From: an uncultured virus (IMG/VR IMGVR_UViG_2576861110_000002) | Taxonomy: Duplodnaviria > Heunggongvirae > Uroviricota > Caudoviricetes | IMG/VR virus record: IMGVR_UViG_2576861110_000002 | Location: 1 to 64,000 of that record | Reading direction: 5' to 3' (one strand) | Length of the DNA: 64,000 nucleotides | Shown: piece by piece, positions 28,946 to 38,752 of the stretch | How positions within the stretch are numbered: the stretch's first letter is position 1 | Layout of the letters: every line of letters begins with the position of its first letter | Program-made: the position numbers and the translations under genes | The notes under the pieces: model-generated | Told to the model about the DNA's origin: nothing | What the model saw: only the letters and a program-made list of their open reading frames with translations | The model's database searches: none

Positions 28946-29053
28946 GTATATATAATAATCCATGCATTTCTTATTTTCAAATATGGAACCATTCACGCTT
29001 ACATATATACAAAAGCAATACCCTTAATATAGTTCTTATTAAGGGTGTTTTTT

Positions 29054-29410
29054 ATGCAAATTCAAATCGGTATTGATATTGTCTTAATTCTTGCATTTTT
29101 AGCTTATCTTTCCGTTGTTACAGGATGGAATAGCAAGAATAAAGCTGCGTATATTAAACAATTCCGTCATGTGCCTATAAGCCTCTTATTTAAAGAAATC
29201 AGATATATGTATTTCATAAGTATGGCATGTGTATTGATCACTATTATTCTTGTTGATTGGCGAATCTATAACGTTGCTTCATATTTTGATGCATTAAGCG
29301 TTTCATTATGGATATTCATAATCTATTTCACCATTTTTTCAACTTACCAGATCGGCACTGCAATACTAGTAAAGCTTTTGATGATTTTCAGTAATAGAGC
29401 AACTTCCTAA
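29054..29410 (+). CDS. Small three-TM membrane protein
   Basis: Three hydrophobic segments; first gene after a GGAAC element. Confidence 0.65.
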   Translation: MQIQIGIDIVLILAFLAYLSVVTGWNSKNKAAYIKQFRHVPISLLFKEIRYMYFISMACVLITIILVDWRIYNVASYFDALSVSLWIFIIYFTIFSTYQIGTAILVKLLMIFSNRATS

Positions 29411-29748
29411 TGATCACATCTAAAACAATTTTAGACATGGTTGAGTACTGGCTTAATCATCCGGTTAATGGGAAGTATGGTTCTGACTTTGGTGCACCTC
29501 TTTATGATTTGCTAATGGCACCTTTAGACTCGAGGGTGGCAGATAGTTTTCTTATTAAGATGAAAAAGGATCTACCAATATTATCTGAGCTTAACTCTGA
29601 CCAATTAGCCCTGTATTCACAAACCGAAGGATTTGAGACGGTTCATATTCATTTAAGCATCATGAATGTGAATATAGATCTTAACCAAGTAGCAGACCGA
29701 TTGGGTAAATCAGTAACAGGTGAGACATATGACATTAACGCAAGCTGA
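29410..29748 (+). CDS. Baseplate wedge gp25/W-like protein
   Basis: GKYGSDFGAPLYDLL motif; directly upstream of a baseplate J-like gene. Confidence 0.6.
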   Translation: MITSKTILDMVEYWLNHPVNGKYGSDFGAPLYDLLMAPLDSRVADSFLIKMKKDLPILSELNSDQLALYSQTEGFETVHIHLSIMNVNIDLNQVADRLGKSVTGETYDINAS

Positions 29749-31174
29749 TTTTGAAGCCCAGCTCCAAGCAGCGATAGATGATTATGAGATTCAGGAACGC
29801 TATAAAGCTCAAGATCCACTTGTCGTTCACCAGCTGCGTTCTATGGCTAGTTTTTTGACTGCATTTGGTCCAGAAATCGATATTGCTTCAATTGAACCAT
29901 TTACCAAAACACGTGACCGCTCAATTATTGCGGATGCTACAAATAAAGGCATTTTGCCTATAGGTACACCGTGTCAGCACTTAATAGAAATTATCAACCG
30001 GTCAACAAATGCTGTGAGCTTAAGTCAAGGGCGAATGATTGAGGACCATAGCGGCGGTAGAGTATGGCGGTTGCTTCAATCAATTACTGTTAAAGCTGGT
30101 GAGACGGCGGAAGTAATAGCAGAACAAAGTGAATACCGTGAAATTAAATATGTTGTACCAGTTACTGAAGGGTTCCATAAATATCGAATAGACCTTTTAG
30201 AGGACCTTTCACTTGCAAATATTTCGGTTAAGCAGGGCAATAATAACTATGTAATTAAGCCGCGCTGGATGAATGTTGAACCAGGTGAATATGCTGTAAC
30301 TGTTACTACAGATAATCTAAGAAGATTGTTTATTGAGTTTGGCGATTCTGAGAGAGCTGGTCGTACTCTGCAAGCCAATGAAACTGTAATAATTGGAATT
30401 CTTGAGACATACGGGGAAGTTGATGTTAATCGTTTAAAAGATGCGGCCTTACTTGATGTACTTACTAATGATGAACAGCGGGTATCAGTGCGTTTTAAAG
30501 CTGGTGGACTGATTAGAGAGGGCGTAGATCCGTTAGCTGTATCAGAATTACGTTTATTATCAAGCTATCCATCACTTTACGATGAAGATGCGGTATTTCT
30601 CGGCAACTTTGACTATGCAGTCCGTAAAAAATTTATGAAACGGGCACAGTTTATTTCTGTCTGGAATGAAACGTTGCAAGAGCAACACTTTGCCATTACA
30701 TACCGCGACATAAATCATTTAAATCTTGTGGTGGTTGCGAAGAACCCAGCTGAACAAGCAACGTTAGAACAAGATATCTGTCGGTATATTGGTTATTGCG
30801 ATAACTTGTATGAAGGTAAAGTGAATGTACATGAAGTAGTTGAAAAGCCAATTGAAGTAAAAATTAAAGGCTCTTTGGCTTCTGTACATAACACTGATAT
30901 GGTTAAGACACAGATCAAAGAATTACTTGTAGAACGATACGGGCGTGAATCATTGAGCTCAAGTCGATGGCTGGTTAATGGCTTTAATACGCAAGAAATG
31001 GGGAAGCTGATTAATGACAATATTGTGGCTTTCCAAGACCGGATGAGTGACTTTACCATTATGCTTTCAAATGAGTTGAATAAGCCTAATGAGTGGGTGT
31101 ATGTGACAAAAGACAGCATTACTGTTGAGTTGGAACGCACCGCTGATATTTCGGGGGCTACATGGACCCTATAA
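29729..31174 (+). CDS. Baseplate J-like wedge protein (P1 BplA-like)
   Basis: Size, IEFGD motif, GVDPLAVSELR and synteny. Confidence 0.65.
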   Translation: MTLTQADFEAQLQAAIDDYEIQERYKAQDPLVVHQLRSMASFLTAFGPEIDIASIEPFTKTRDRSIIADATNKGILPIGTPCQHLIEIINRSTNAVSLSQGRMIEDHSGGRVWRLLQSITVKAGETAEVIAEQSEYREIKYVVPVTEGFHKYRIDLLEDLSLANISVKQGNNNYVIKPRWMNVEPGEYAVTVTTDNLRRLFIEFGDSERAGRTLQANETVIIGILETYGEVDVNRLKDAALLDVLTNDEQRVSVRFKAGGLIREGVDPLAVSELRLLSSYPSLYDEDAVFLGNFDYAVRKKFMKRAQFISVWNETLQEQHFAITYRDINHLNLVVVAKNPAEQATLEQDICRYIGYCDNLYEGKVNVHEVVEKPIEVKIKGSLASVHNTDMVKTQIKELLVERYGRESLSSSRWLVNGFNTQEMGKLINDNIVAFQDRMSDFTIMLSNELNKPNEWVYVTKDSITVELERTADISGATWTL

Positions 31175-31776
31175 GCTTTACTCGGCCTATCGATGAACAC
31201 TATGTAAGTACGGGCTTGCAAACCGCACTTGCTAAAGCATTTAAACAAGTATTTGCACAAAACTTTGAGCAGTCCATTCAAGATTTATTGGATTACGGTT
31301 GTCCTCATATCGGTAGTAAAACAGTTGTAGAACGGTTCTCTAAACAAAACGGACTTGTTGTATTACGCCGAAATAACACCTCTGACACGTTAATGCGAAT
31401 TATCTATGCCAATTGGAGCAGCATGGGTAATAAAAGAGGATTAGCGTTTTTAGAGTTTGTTTTACGAATGTTGTGGGGGAAAGATCATTTTCAGATTATC
31501 CGGCTATGGCATAGCTTGGAAAAGCTAAAAGAATATCCAGCCTATTTGTCTGATTTTGAAAAGCCAAATTACTTCTTAACAAGTCGGATTAGAATTGTTT
31601 TAGATAAAACTGTTGATGCAAATGAAGTGGTAGAGCTGTCACCGATATTACGGCGTTTAGTACCAGCCAATATTGTCGTTAAAGTTCACTCAATGGCATT
31701 TGATAGAGATTTAGGCACAACAAGCTTTACAGCGGCAATAGCAGCTAAGCCTTATGCAGTCTATAACTTCCTTTAA
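31162..31776 (+). CDS. Baseplate/tail I-like protein
   Basis: KRGLAFLEFVL...LRRLVPANI; follows the J-like gene. Confidence 0.6.
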   Translation: MDPISFTRPIDEHYVSTGLQTALAKAFKQVFAQNFEQSIQDLLDYGCPHIGSKTVVERFSKQNGLVVLRRNNTSDTLMRIIYANWSSMGNKRGLAFLEFVLRMLWGKDHFQIIRLWHSLEKLKEYPAYLSDFEKPNYFLTSRIRIVLDKTVDANEVVELSPILRRLVPANIVVKVHSMAFDRDLGTTSFTAAIAAKPYAVYNFL

Positions 31777-31854
31777 TTCAATTGGAACTGTTGAGTTAGC
31801 GCTCAAATACAAAATGATTTCATAGTCCTGTTCATTAGTTCAGGACTTTTTTAT

Positions 31855-32313
31855 ATGCAACAAGCTCAAGACAATGTTTTAGTAGGAATCGCAGAACCTA
31901 TCAATGATCAGGGAGAAAACTTATTAATTGATCATTTCTTAGGATATGCAAGCCATGAATTAGAACCACAAGAAATTGATAAAGTTATTAAAGGGGAAGT
32001 GGTTGAAGGCATCACGGAATATGCTCAGGGCCATTACTATAAGATTTCAGCAAATCCTGAAAACCAAAATGCAAAAGAATTTGAAATCAGTATTCATTTT
32101 CAGGATGGCCCAATTCCAGAACATGGTGTGAATGGGGTTACCAGTGAAGCATTGTTAAAAGTACTTATTCACCGTACTAAAACCTTGGATGAAAAATTTC
32201 CGAGTGAGTTCAACAAACAAGCCATTATTTATATGGAAAGTGCGCTAGAAGAATTTAATAAGCGTACAGCTGAACGCCGTGCTCGTGGTGTTGAAGGCAC
32301 ACTTGTTAAGTAA
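31855..32313 (+). CDS. tad1: Tad1-family anti-defence sponge protein with acidic N-terminal extension
   Basis: HYYKI...IHFQDGP..EHGVNGVTSEALLKVLIHR...FPSEFN.QAI..MESAL..FNKRTAERRARGVEGT matches the Tad1 pattern I.FQ.G...GV....LL....R...F.S.EN..A....EAL....R...R..R.V.GT. Confidence 0.78.
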   Translation: MQQAQDNVLVGIAEPINDQGENLLIDHFLGYASHELEPQEIDKVIKGEVVEGITEYAQGHYYKISANPENQNAKEFEISIHFQDGPIPEHGVNGVTSEALLKVLIHRTKTLDEKFPSEFNKQAIIYMESALEEFNKRTAERRARGVEGTLVK

Positions 32314-32324
32314 TGGGGTGATGT

Positions 32325-32552
32325 ATGCGTTTAAGTATTTTTTGTCGAAAGCGTGGTTGCTCTCAATTAATTGACTTATCTCAAATGGATTGTTTGCAAG
32401 TCTCCCAAAGTGAACATAGAGGCGGCATGGTTAGTGAAAGCTTTTATGACGTTTTTATCTCACTTAAAAGTGGATACATTTTTGATGCAACCATTGAAGA
32501 TAAACAGCATGACAAGCTATTGGAATTGATTGAGTTTGATCAAAAGATTTGA
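32325..32552 (+). CDS. Hypothetical protein
   Basis: 75-aa ORF with an SD, directly after the Tad1-like gene. Confidence 0.6.
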   Translation: MRLSIFCRKRGCSQLIDLSQMDCLQVSQSEHRGGMVSESFYDVFISLKSGYIFDATIEDKQHDKLLELIEFDQKI

Positions 32553-32624
32553 TTTGGAACTGATTAAATTTCAACTGTAGAACAACTGAAACAATAGCCT
32601 CAATCACAGCATTGGGGCTTTTTT

Positions 32625-33530
32625 ATGGCTAGCAAAAATAGAAAGACAAAAGTTCTATCTTACAACTTACATGATCGATGCCGTAAATTTACCGGTGTTG
32701 ATCGAAGTAATGTCGATGTAGATGCAATGGTCAACTTGATCAACAGTGACCATGTACAAGAAATGGTTGCTACTAATTCATTACAAGGTTTTTATGGTCA
32801 TCAAATTCGACAGCGCTATGGTATGGTGCCGCCTGAAACGGTGATCATTAAAGGTAAAGTTGTATATCTTTCACGGGCGTTTAAAACAATTGAATTACGT
32901 GCTTCAAAGGATGGAACAGTTGAACACCGAGAAGAGTTTTATGATAACGAGCCTGGTGAGATCGCATTACAAGATTATAAAGCCCAAGCGGGTGGTTTTA
33001 GCACATCAGTCAATTACAAGAATGTCGGTGGCCGTTTAATTCCAACGGGTTTTTTTGGTTTTGATTTCGTTGCACAACCAAATTATGCAAGTAATGTAGG
33101 GGATGGTCAGTTATTTGATGGATTATTTGTTCCTGAAGAGCCAGAAGGTGTTGTTTCTTGCTTTGATAGCGCAACAGATATTTCACAGTTATCACAACCT
33201 GAAATTATTATTGCCCAATTACTTGAAGATCAAATCTTACAGACCTACGACAATATCAATAGCCAACTTCAACTTTTAAATGAGTTAGGAAATGCTCAAG
33301 GCTTAGTAGGTGAACTCTCAGAAAAAGTTGATAAACAGAAACGCCTGCAACAACTTAGAGAAGAACGCAAAAAAGAACTCTATACGGGTTTGGTAAATCC
33401 GGTGAAGAGCTTTGATTCAGTTCAACAACATGCTGAACAAATTCTGCAATCCATGGATCAGCCAAGTGTAAAAGAAAAAGCTAAAAAGCCGAAAAAGTCT
33501 TTTGGCAGTATCTTTAGTGTATGGGGGTAA
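32625..33530 (+). CDS. Prohead protease/head processing protein (P1 Pro-like)
   Basis: GFYGHQIR, GTVEHREEF..NEPG, AGGFS, FGFDFVAQPNY. Confidence 0.7.
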   Translation: MASKNRKTKVLSYNLHDRCRKFTGVDRSNVDVDAMVNLINSDHVQEMVATNSLQGFYGHQIRQRYGMVPPETVIIKGKVVYLSRAFKTIELRASKDGTVEHREEFYDNEPGEIALQDYKAQAGGFSTSVNYKNVGGRLIPTGFFGFDFVAQPNYASNVGDGQLFDGLFVPEEPEGVVSCFDSATDISQLSQPEIIIAQLLEDQILQTYDNINSQLQLLNELGNAQGLVGELSEKVDKQKRLQQLREERKKELYTGLVNPVKSFDSVQQHAEQILQSMDQPSVKEKAKKPKKSFGSIFSVWG

Positions 33531-33532
33531 TA

Positions 33533-34348
33533 ATGAATTACCCCAACGATTCGCTTAAATGCATCCAAAACGCTTGGTATAAGCAGCTTGTCAATTTTCG
33601 TGCTTGGTATATGCCTGAGACACAATTAACGGCTGACTGGAAGTTGAGAGCCATTGGTAACGCTATAAAAGCATGTCCGTCACGGATGATGGACGATTCA
33701 GAAGCAATGCTTTCTGAATATAGAAAAAGCCAGAAGCATGAGGAAGAATCCAAAGTGCTTTTACCTGTAATGCTTACTGCAACAGCGTTAACTGACCAAC
33801 CCCCTGATGTAAATCAATTATTACCAGTGCCTGATTTTATTGAAACGGTCATTGATGAGAAACGGGTGAAGGTTCGTCTGGTGCCGACAACTGTACGTGC
33901 TCAAATCGCTTTCTTTGCCACCAATCCCAATGATCTGCGTTCAGTCATTGGGCAATTTTGCGCGTACATGTCTAGCAATGATAACCGTCGTTTTAATGTG
34001 CCATTTCAGCAATGGAATGATCATGTATTTAATTCAACATTCACTGTTTTTGAAAATGAACTTTTTCCATCACCAGTCCCAAGCGAAGCAATCAATCTTT
34101 CTATCTCAACTGTAGATATTCAGCTCGTGGGTTATACACCTAACGTCATCGGTTTCGGTGGTCCATTCGACCAAAACACAGGTAATGGCTATGAACCTGA
34201 CGGCTCAGCAACGGAACAGCCCGCAATCAACGACAAAGTTGTAGTGCAAGCTGATCAGTACACATCACTCGATCACCAGCGTGTGAAGGGTGATAGAGAA
34301 ACAGGTGAAATTACAGTTGAGAGTATAGATGACAGACTTAATCGATAA
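33533..34348 (+). CDS. Virion structural protein (tail completion-like)
   Basis: ORF within the structural operon; function inferred from context only. Confidence 0.45.
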   Translation: MNYPNDSLKCIQNAWYKQLVNFRAWYMPETQLTADWKLRAIGNAIKACPSRMMDDSEAMLSEYRKSQKHEEESKVLLPVMLTATALTDQPPDVNQLLPVPDFIETVIDEKRVKVRLVPTTVRAQIAFFATNPNDLRSVIGQFCAYMSSNDNRRFNVPFQQWNDHVFNSTFTVFENELFPSPVPSEAINLSISTVDIQLVGYTPNVIGFGGPFDQNTGNGYEPDGSATEQPAINDKVVVQADQYTSLDHQRVKGDRETGEITVESIDDRLNR

Positions 34349-34529
34349 GGCACAAGAAAGTGCTGATTATTTATTGCAGCAAGAAATTGCAAATCGATGC
34401 CGTTTTGACGGCGAATCTGAAAAAGAATGTATTGAATGTGGTGAAGAGATACCAGAGCGTCGCCGTGCACTTGGTGGGGTTAAATTCTGCATTGAATGTC
34501 AAACCAAGATAGAACGTAAACGGCGCTAA
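34329..34529 (+). CDS. TraR/DksA C4 zinc-finger protein
   Basis: MTDLIDKAQ, CIECGEEIPERRR...CIECQ. Confidence 0.9.
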   Translation: MTDLIDKAQESADYLLQQEIANRCRFDGESEKECIECGEEIPERRRALGGVKFCIECQTKIERKRR

Positions 34530-34540
34530 GGATAAATGTA

Positions 34541-35053
34541 ATGTCTGGAATTATTCGTATAGACAGCCGTGTTGCTGGGTTTTCGGATCAACCAATTCGA
34601 CTTATTGGAGCGGCATTTGCTGATACAGGTGAGCTTGTTATTCAAAAAACAGCTGTTTATTCAAATTTGCCCGTACCAAGCGATTTAAGTGATCAAACAG
34701 TTGTAGTAACTGACTCACCGGATCAAGTACAGAATTGGCAATTAAGTTTCAATGCTAAAGAGCACTTAGAAGAAGTGATTTCAATTTACCAAGCTCGTTT
34801 CAGAGCAAAGTTAATTGAAATTGAGCCGAAGCTAAACCAGTACAACCCTAAAAACGTACTTGAAATCCGTAAGGTCGATAAAAACGGCCTTCAGCAAGAA
34901 TTTGATAGCAGCAGCTTAAACAATGGACACATTGCAATTCTATTAGCTGTTTGGGCTAGTACGAAAATTGCCAAAGGCTTTTCAATTACTGAAGGGAATC
35001 AGTTTGAAGAAGATGCTGTAGATCCAACAATGCTTCCTTTTTCAATCTTTTAA
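34541..35053 (+). CDS. Hypothetical protein upstream of the terminase
   Basis: 170-aa ORF with SD TAAGGA. Confidence 0.7.
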   Translation: MSGIIRIDSRVAGFSDQPIRLIGAAFADTGELVIQKTAVYSNLPVPSDLSDQTVVVTDSPDQVQNWQLSFNAKEHLEEVISIYQARFRAKLIEIEPKLNQYNPKNVLEIRKVDKNGLQQEFDSSSLNNGHIAILLAVWASTKIAKGFSITEGNQFEEDAVDPTMLPFSIF

Positions 35054-35072
35054 GTAATGGTGTTTTTACGGT

Positions 35073-37064
35073 ATGGCTTTGGCACCATTAAAAGAAATTC
35101 CCGAATGGTGGGAACTTTGTGAGCGTTATCGATACGACATCTATGCTTTCGCCGTAGAAGCATTAGGTGTCGAACCCACATGGCAACAAGAATTACTTTT
35201 TGAATCTATTGCATTTGATGGTAGCCGTACTTCAGTAGCATCGGGGCATGGTTGCTTTGGTAAAGGGACTTTAATCAAATTAGCCAATGGGGAATTTATC
35301 CCAGTTGAGCGTATTAATCTAAATCATAAAATTCTTGCTGCAGATGGTAAGACAGAACTAGATGTAATTAAAACAGTAACCGGTTATCAGGAAATGTTCC
35401 GGTTTGAATATGAGAATGGTAAAGCTCATACATTCAATAAATCACATATTCTTTGCTTAATTTCTTTATACGATGGTAACGGGTGGTCAAAGGGCGACAA
35501 GATTGAATTGCTTGTTTCTCAATATATGAACCTTAAACCTGAAAGTAGGGAACAGTTTGCATCTTATAGGCTTATAGATGGGGAACATAAGCCTTTAAAA
35601 ATTACATCGGTTACTGAGCTAGGTGAAGGTAAATATTACGGTTTTGTACTCGATCCAGATCCATTTTTCTTAGGTGAAGATAACTTAGTACTACATAACA
35701 CTGGTAAAACGGCCAGTGCCGGTATTGTTGCCTTATGGCATCTCCTGTTTTTTGATGAATCCATCATGATGTTTACTGCTCCGCAGATTGGGCAGTTAAA
35801 GAAACAAGTGTGGAAAGAAATCAGTATCAATCTAGCACGATTGAAGCAAGGGCCTTTGGCTTGGCTTGCTGATTATGTTGGGTACCAATCTGAACTTGTA
35901 TACATCAAAGGCTACAAAGAAAAATGGTATGTCTTTGCGAAGACAGCACCAAAACATCAACCTACAAACTTAGCGGGTAACCACGGCGATAACTACATGG
36001 TCTGGGTCGATGAGGCCAGTGGTGTAGATGATGCCGTACTTGATGTAGCATTTGGTGCATTAACGCACGAAGACAACCGTGCAGTAATGACCTCTCAGCC
36101 TACCCGTAACGCGGGGATGTTCTATGAAACTCATCACAAGTTAAGTCATCGAGCAGGTGGGGTATGGATTGCTCTCACATTTAATGGTGAAGAGTCACCA
36201 CTAGTTAGTAAGCAGTCCTTAGAAGAACAACGGCAAAAATACGGAAGCAGGGAAGATGCCCAGTATAAGATTCGTGTTCTAGGTGAATTCCCAGACTTAT
36301 CAGACGAGTTCTTAATTACCAAGCGTCAAACTGAAGAAATGTATGTTGGCGCCAGTATTTTTGATGACCATCAATTCGGTTATGTCATTACGGTTGACGT
36401 TGGTGGTGGTGTCGGCCGTGACGATTCAGTAATTGTTATTTCTAAAGTTTGGGGTGAATCGCAATGGGGAGAGCGCGCACGCCGTGTAGAAGTTGTAGAT
36501 ATTCCATTATGCAAAAACAGAGATGATATCTTAGAACTATTTGCAAAGATTAATGAGCTACTTTTACAGTACCCAAATGCTAACTTAGTTGTAGATGATA
36601 ACGGGGCGGGTAAAGGTTTAGGCCAATACCTTAAAAAGCAAGGTATTTTCTACGTTCCTGTTTATTGGGGCTCACAATGTTTTAGTAATGACAATAGAAA
36701 AGAGTTTACAAATAAACGGTCATTAGCTTATGTGGGCTTAGCTCGAGCAATCGCAAGTGGCCGTTTTAAAATAAAAACGAAGAAACACCATGTGAAAATT
36801 AAAGATCAGTTAATCCACGTTCCATACCGTTTTGATGACTTTGCTCGTTATAAAATCTTAAGCAAAGACGAAATGAAACGGATGGGAATTAAATCACCGG
36901 ATATTGGTGATGCTTTTGCCTTCTTATTCTTAGAAAACGTTCACTACACTGAAGCTTACGAAACTGTAAATGTCACTGACGATACACCAGAAGGCCGTGA
37001 ACAAGCTGAACGTAAGTCAAGATTCAGTGCTTTAAGAGAAGCAGCTGAAAAAGAAAATGATTAG
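35073..37064 (+). CDS. Terminase large subunit (P1 PacB-like) containing an intein
   Basis: Q motif PTWQQ, Walker A SGHG/TGKT, Walker B VWVDEA, RVLGEFP, TVDVGG, SPDIGDA. Confidence 0.92.
   Translation: MALAPLKEIPEWWELCERYRYDIYAFAVEALGVEPTWQQELLFESIAFDGSRTSVASGHGCFGKGTLIKLANGEFIPVERINLNHKILAADGKTELDVIKTVTGYQEMFRFEYENGKAHTFNKSHILCLISLYDGNGWSKGDKIELLVSQYMNLKPESREQFASYRLIDGEHKPLKITSVTELGEGKYYGFVLDPDPFFLGEDNLVLHNTGKTASAGIVALWHLLFFDESIMMFTAPQIGQLKKQVWKEISINLARLKQGPLAWLADYVGYQSELVYIKGYKEKWYVFAKTAPKHQPTNLAGNHGDNYMVWVDEASGVDDAVLDVAFGALTHEDNRAVMTSQPTRNAGMFYETHHKLSHRAGGVWIALTFNGEESPLVSKQSLEEQRQKYGSREDAQYKIRVLGEFPDLSDEFLITKRQTEEMYVGASIFDDHQFGYVITVDVGGGVGRDDSVIVISKVWGESQWGERARRVEVVDIPLCKNRDDILELFAKINELLLQYPNANLVVDDNGAGKGLGQYLKKQGIFYVPVYWGSQCFSNDNRKEFTNKRSLAYVGLARAIASGRFKIKTKKHHVKIKDQLIHVPYRFDDFARYKILSKDEMKRMGIKSPDIGDAFAFLFLENVHYTEAYETVNVTDDTPEGREQAERKSRFSALREAAEKEND
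35253..35699 (+). mobile_element. Mini-intein (149 aa, no homing endonuclease) in the terminase Walker A
   Basis: Starts CFGKGT, block B TFNKSH, ends YYGFVL...LVLHN followed by Thr; removal restores SGHGTGKT. Confidence 0.93.
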
Positions 37065-37136
37065 TTATATGGAACTGCCCACTTAAATACCTATTCTTCA
37101 TAACTACCATAGATCAATAAATCATATGGGTGGGTT

Positions 37137-38738
37137 ATGGCTATTAATTTCTTTTTAACTGACGCAGGTCGGAATGCATTAAATAAAGCAGGCGATGTTG
37201 CTAGCTTTGGTGGGGAGCTTACTCATCTTGCTGTTGGTACCGGCAAATTTGATGCATCAGTTGAAGCGAAAAACCTAACTTCTCTTAAAAATGAATTAGC
37301 CAGATTTTCGCTTAATGGTGGTGGTGTAGACACAGAAACTGGAACTTTGCGTTTTGTGATGAGTATTGAGCCAACTTTAACAATGGAAGTGTTTGAGTTA
37401 GGTATATATCTATCAGATGGCACTTTACTTGCAGTGGCGTCAACTACAGAAGTTCAATCAATCATGTCACTGCATGCAAACGTGGTTGCTATCGTTACTT
37501 TTGGATTTGTTTTAACTGACGTTAATTTAAAAAATGTAACTATAAAAATTGATCCAAATACTCCAATTGCAGTGATGTTGATGAACCAGCATAGTGCAGA
37601 TGAAGATCCACACCCGCAGTACGGCGCGTTAATACAGGAAATAATCAAAGAACACTTAAATCAAAATGATCCACACCCGCAGTACGGCGCGTTAATACAG
37701 GAAATAATCAAAGAACACTTAAATCAAAATGATCCACATTCACAATATGCTTTTAGAAAAGACGTAAAAGAAAAAGATGAGGATTTACAGCGCCAAATTA
37801 ATGGTTTAGATACTTCATCCCAAAATTTAAGTCAGCAGCTAACGGATTTAAAAAAATATTTAGATTCTCAATATCCGAAATTATTGGGAGCAGGGGTAAA
37901 CATTGGGTCTAAAGCTACTATTGATTTGGGTGGAAAGGTAACTGACTTACGTGACTCAAAATATGCAATCCATTTAACACCTGAAAGCATGCATGAAGCG
38001 TGGACAATAACGCGTTCTGAAAAGTCATTTGATTATGAAGTTTGGAACCGTTCAGGGCAAAACCGAATTGGGTATTCTGGAATTGTAAGTTGGTCTGTAA
38101 TTCAAGTTGCTGCAGAAACACTAAACGATGGTAATGGCGATTACACAGTACCAGGTGTTTATATCATTCCAATTCAACCAAAAGAACAAAAAGAATTCAT
38201 ATTGGTTGGTGCTGGTGGTGCTGGTGGTGGCAGTGTCTGGGAGTTAGGAGCATTGGCACATGGGACCAGTGGTACAGATACACGCTTACGTTTAAATGAA
38301 CTTGATTTGGCGGTTGTTGGGGGCGGTAAGGGCGGTACAAGTGGTCAGTGGTCGAATGGTAGTGCTTTCTCAAATGGTGCTGGTGGTTTAGCAGGTGTAA
38401 TCACTGTGACATCAAACATTACCGAAATTTCACGCAAGCTTGGTAACGCTGGTACAGCTGCAAACCAAACAAACCACAAAGGCGGTGCTTCAGTAAGTCC
38501 AGAGGGTAATTGGGGTGCAGGTGGAGATGGCGCAAATGGAGTTGGTGATCTTGGTTGGGGTTTAGGTGGTGGCGGTGCTAGTGGCGGATTATTGGTTTGT
38601 AGATATTCTAATATCAGTGAAAAAATTCAATACATGACACTCATTGTTGGTGAACCTGGTGTTGCAACCGAAAGTAATGGTAACACTGGTAAAGCAGGTA
38701 CTGGTGGCTTTGCTCGTGTAAGTACTGTTAAAGCTTAA
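37137..38738 (+). CDS. Tail fibre (tail-collar N-terminus, DPHPQY repeats, Gly-rich C-terminus)
   Basis: LTDAGRNAL, ELGIYLSDGTLLAV, DPHPQY, VGAGGAGGG. Confidence 0.85.
   Translation: MAINFFLTDAGRNALNKAGDVASFGGELTHLAVGTGKFDASVEAKNLTSLKNELARFSLNGGGVDTETGTLRFVMSIEPTLTMEVFELGIYLSDGTLLAVASTTEVQSIMSLHANVVAIVTFGFVLTDVNLKNVTIKIDPNTPIAVMLMNQHSADEDPHPQYGALIQEIIKEHLNQNDPHPQYGALIQEIIKEHLNQNDPHSQYAFRKDVKEKDEDLQRQINGLDTSSQNLSQQLTDLKKYLDSQYPKLLGAGVNIGSKATIDLGGKVTDLRDSKYAIHLTPESMHEAWTITRSEKSFDYEVWNRSGQNRIGYSGIVSWSVIQVAAETLNDGNGDYTVPGVYIIPIQPKEQKEFILVGAGGAGGGSVWELGALAHGTSGTDTRLRLNELDLAVVGGGKGGTSGQWSNGSAFSNGAGGLAGVITVTSNITEISRKLGNAGTAANQTNHKGGASVSPEGNWGAGGDGANGVGDLGWGLGGGGASGGLLVCRYSNISEKIQYMTLIVGEPGVATESNGNTGKAGTGGFARVSTVKA
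37605..37738 (+). repeat. Perfect 63-bp in-frame tandem duplication
   Basis: 37605-37667 is identical to 37668-37730, followed by a partial third copy. Confidence 0.95.
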
Positions 38739-38752
38739 ATAGGTGAAACAGT

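Noticed and set aside
29054..29410. Holin of a lysis cassette
   Set aside because: Three-TM topology is compatible, but there is no adjacent endolysin or spanin; left as an unknown membrane protein
31855..32313. Acb2 assignment
   Set aside because: Lacks the Acb2 KIKGYR/TDIQTG..RAIAQP pattern; fits Tad1 instead
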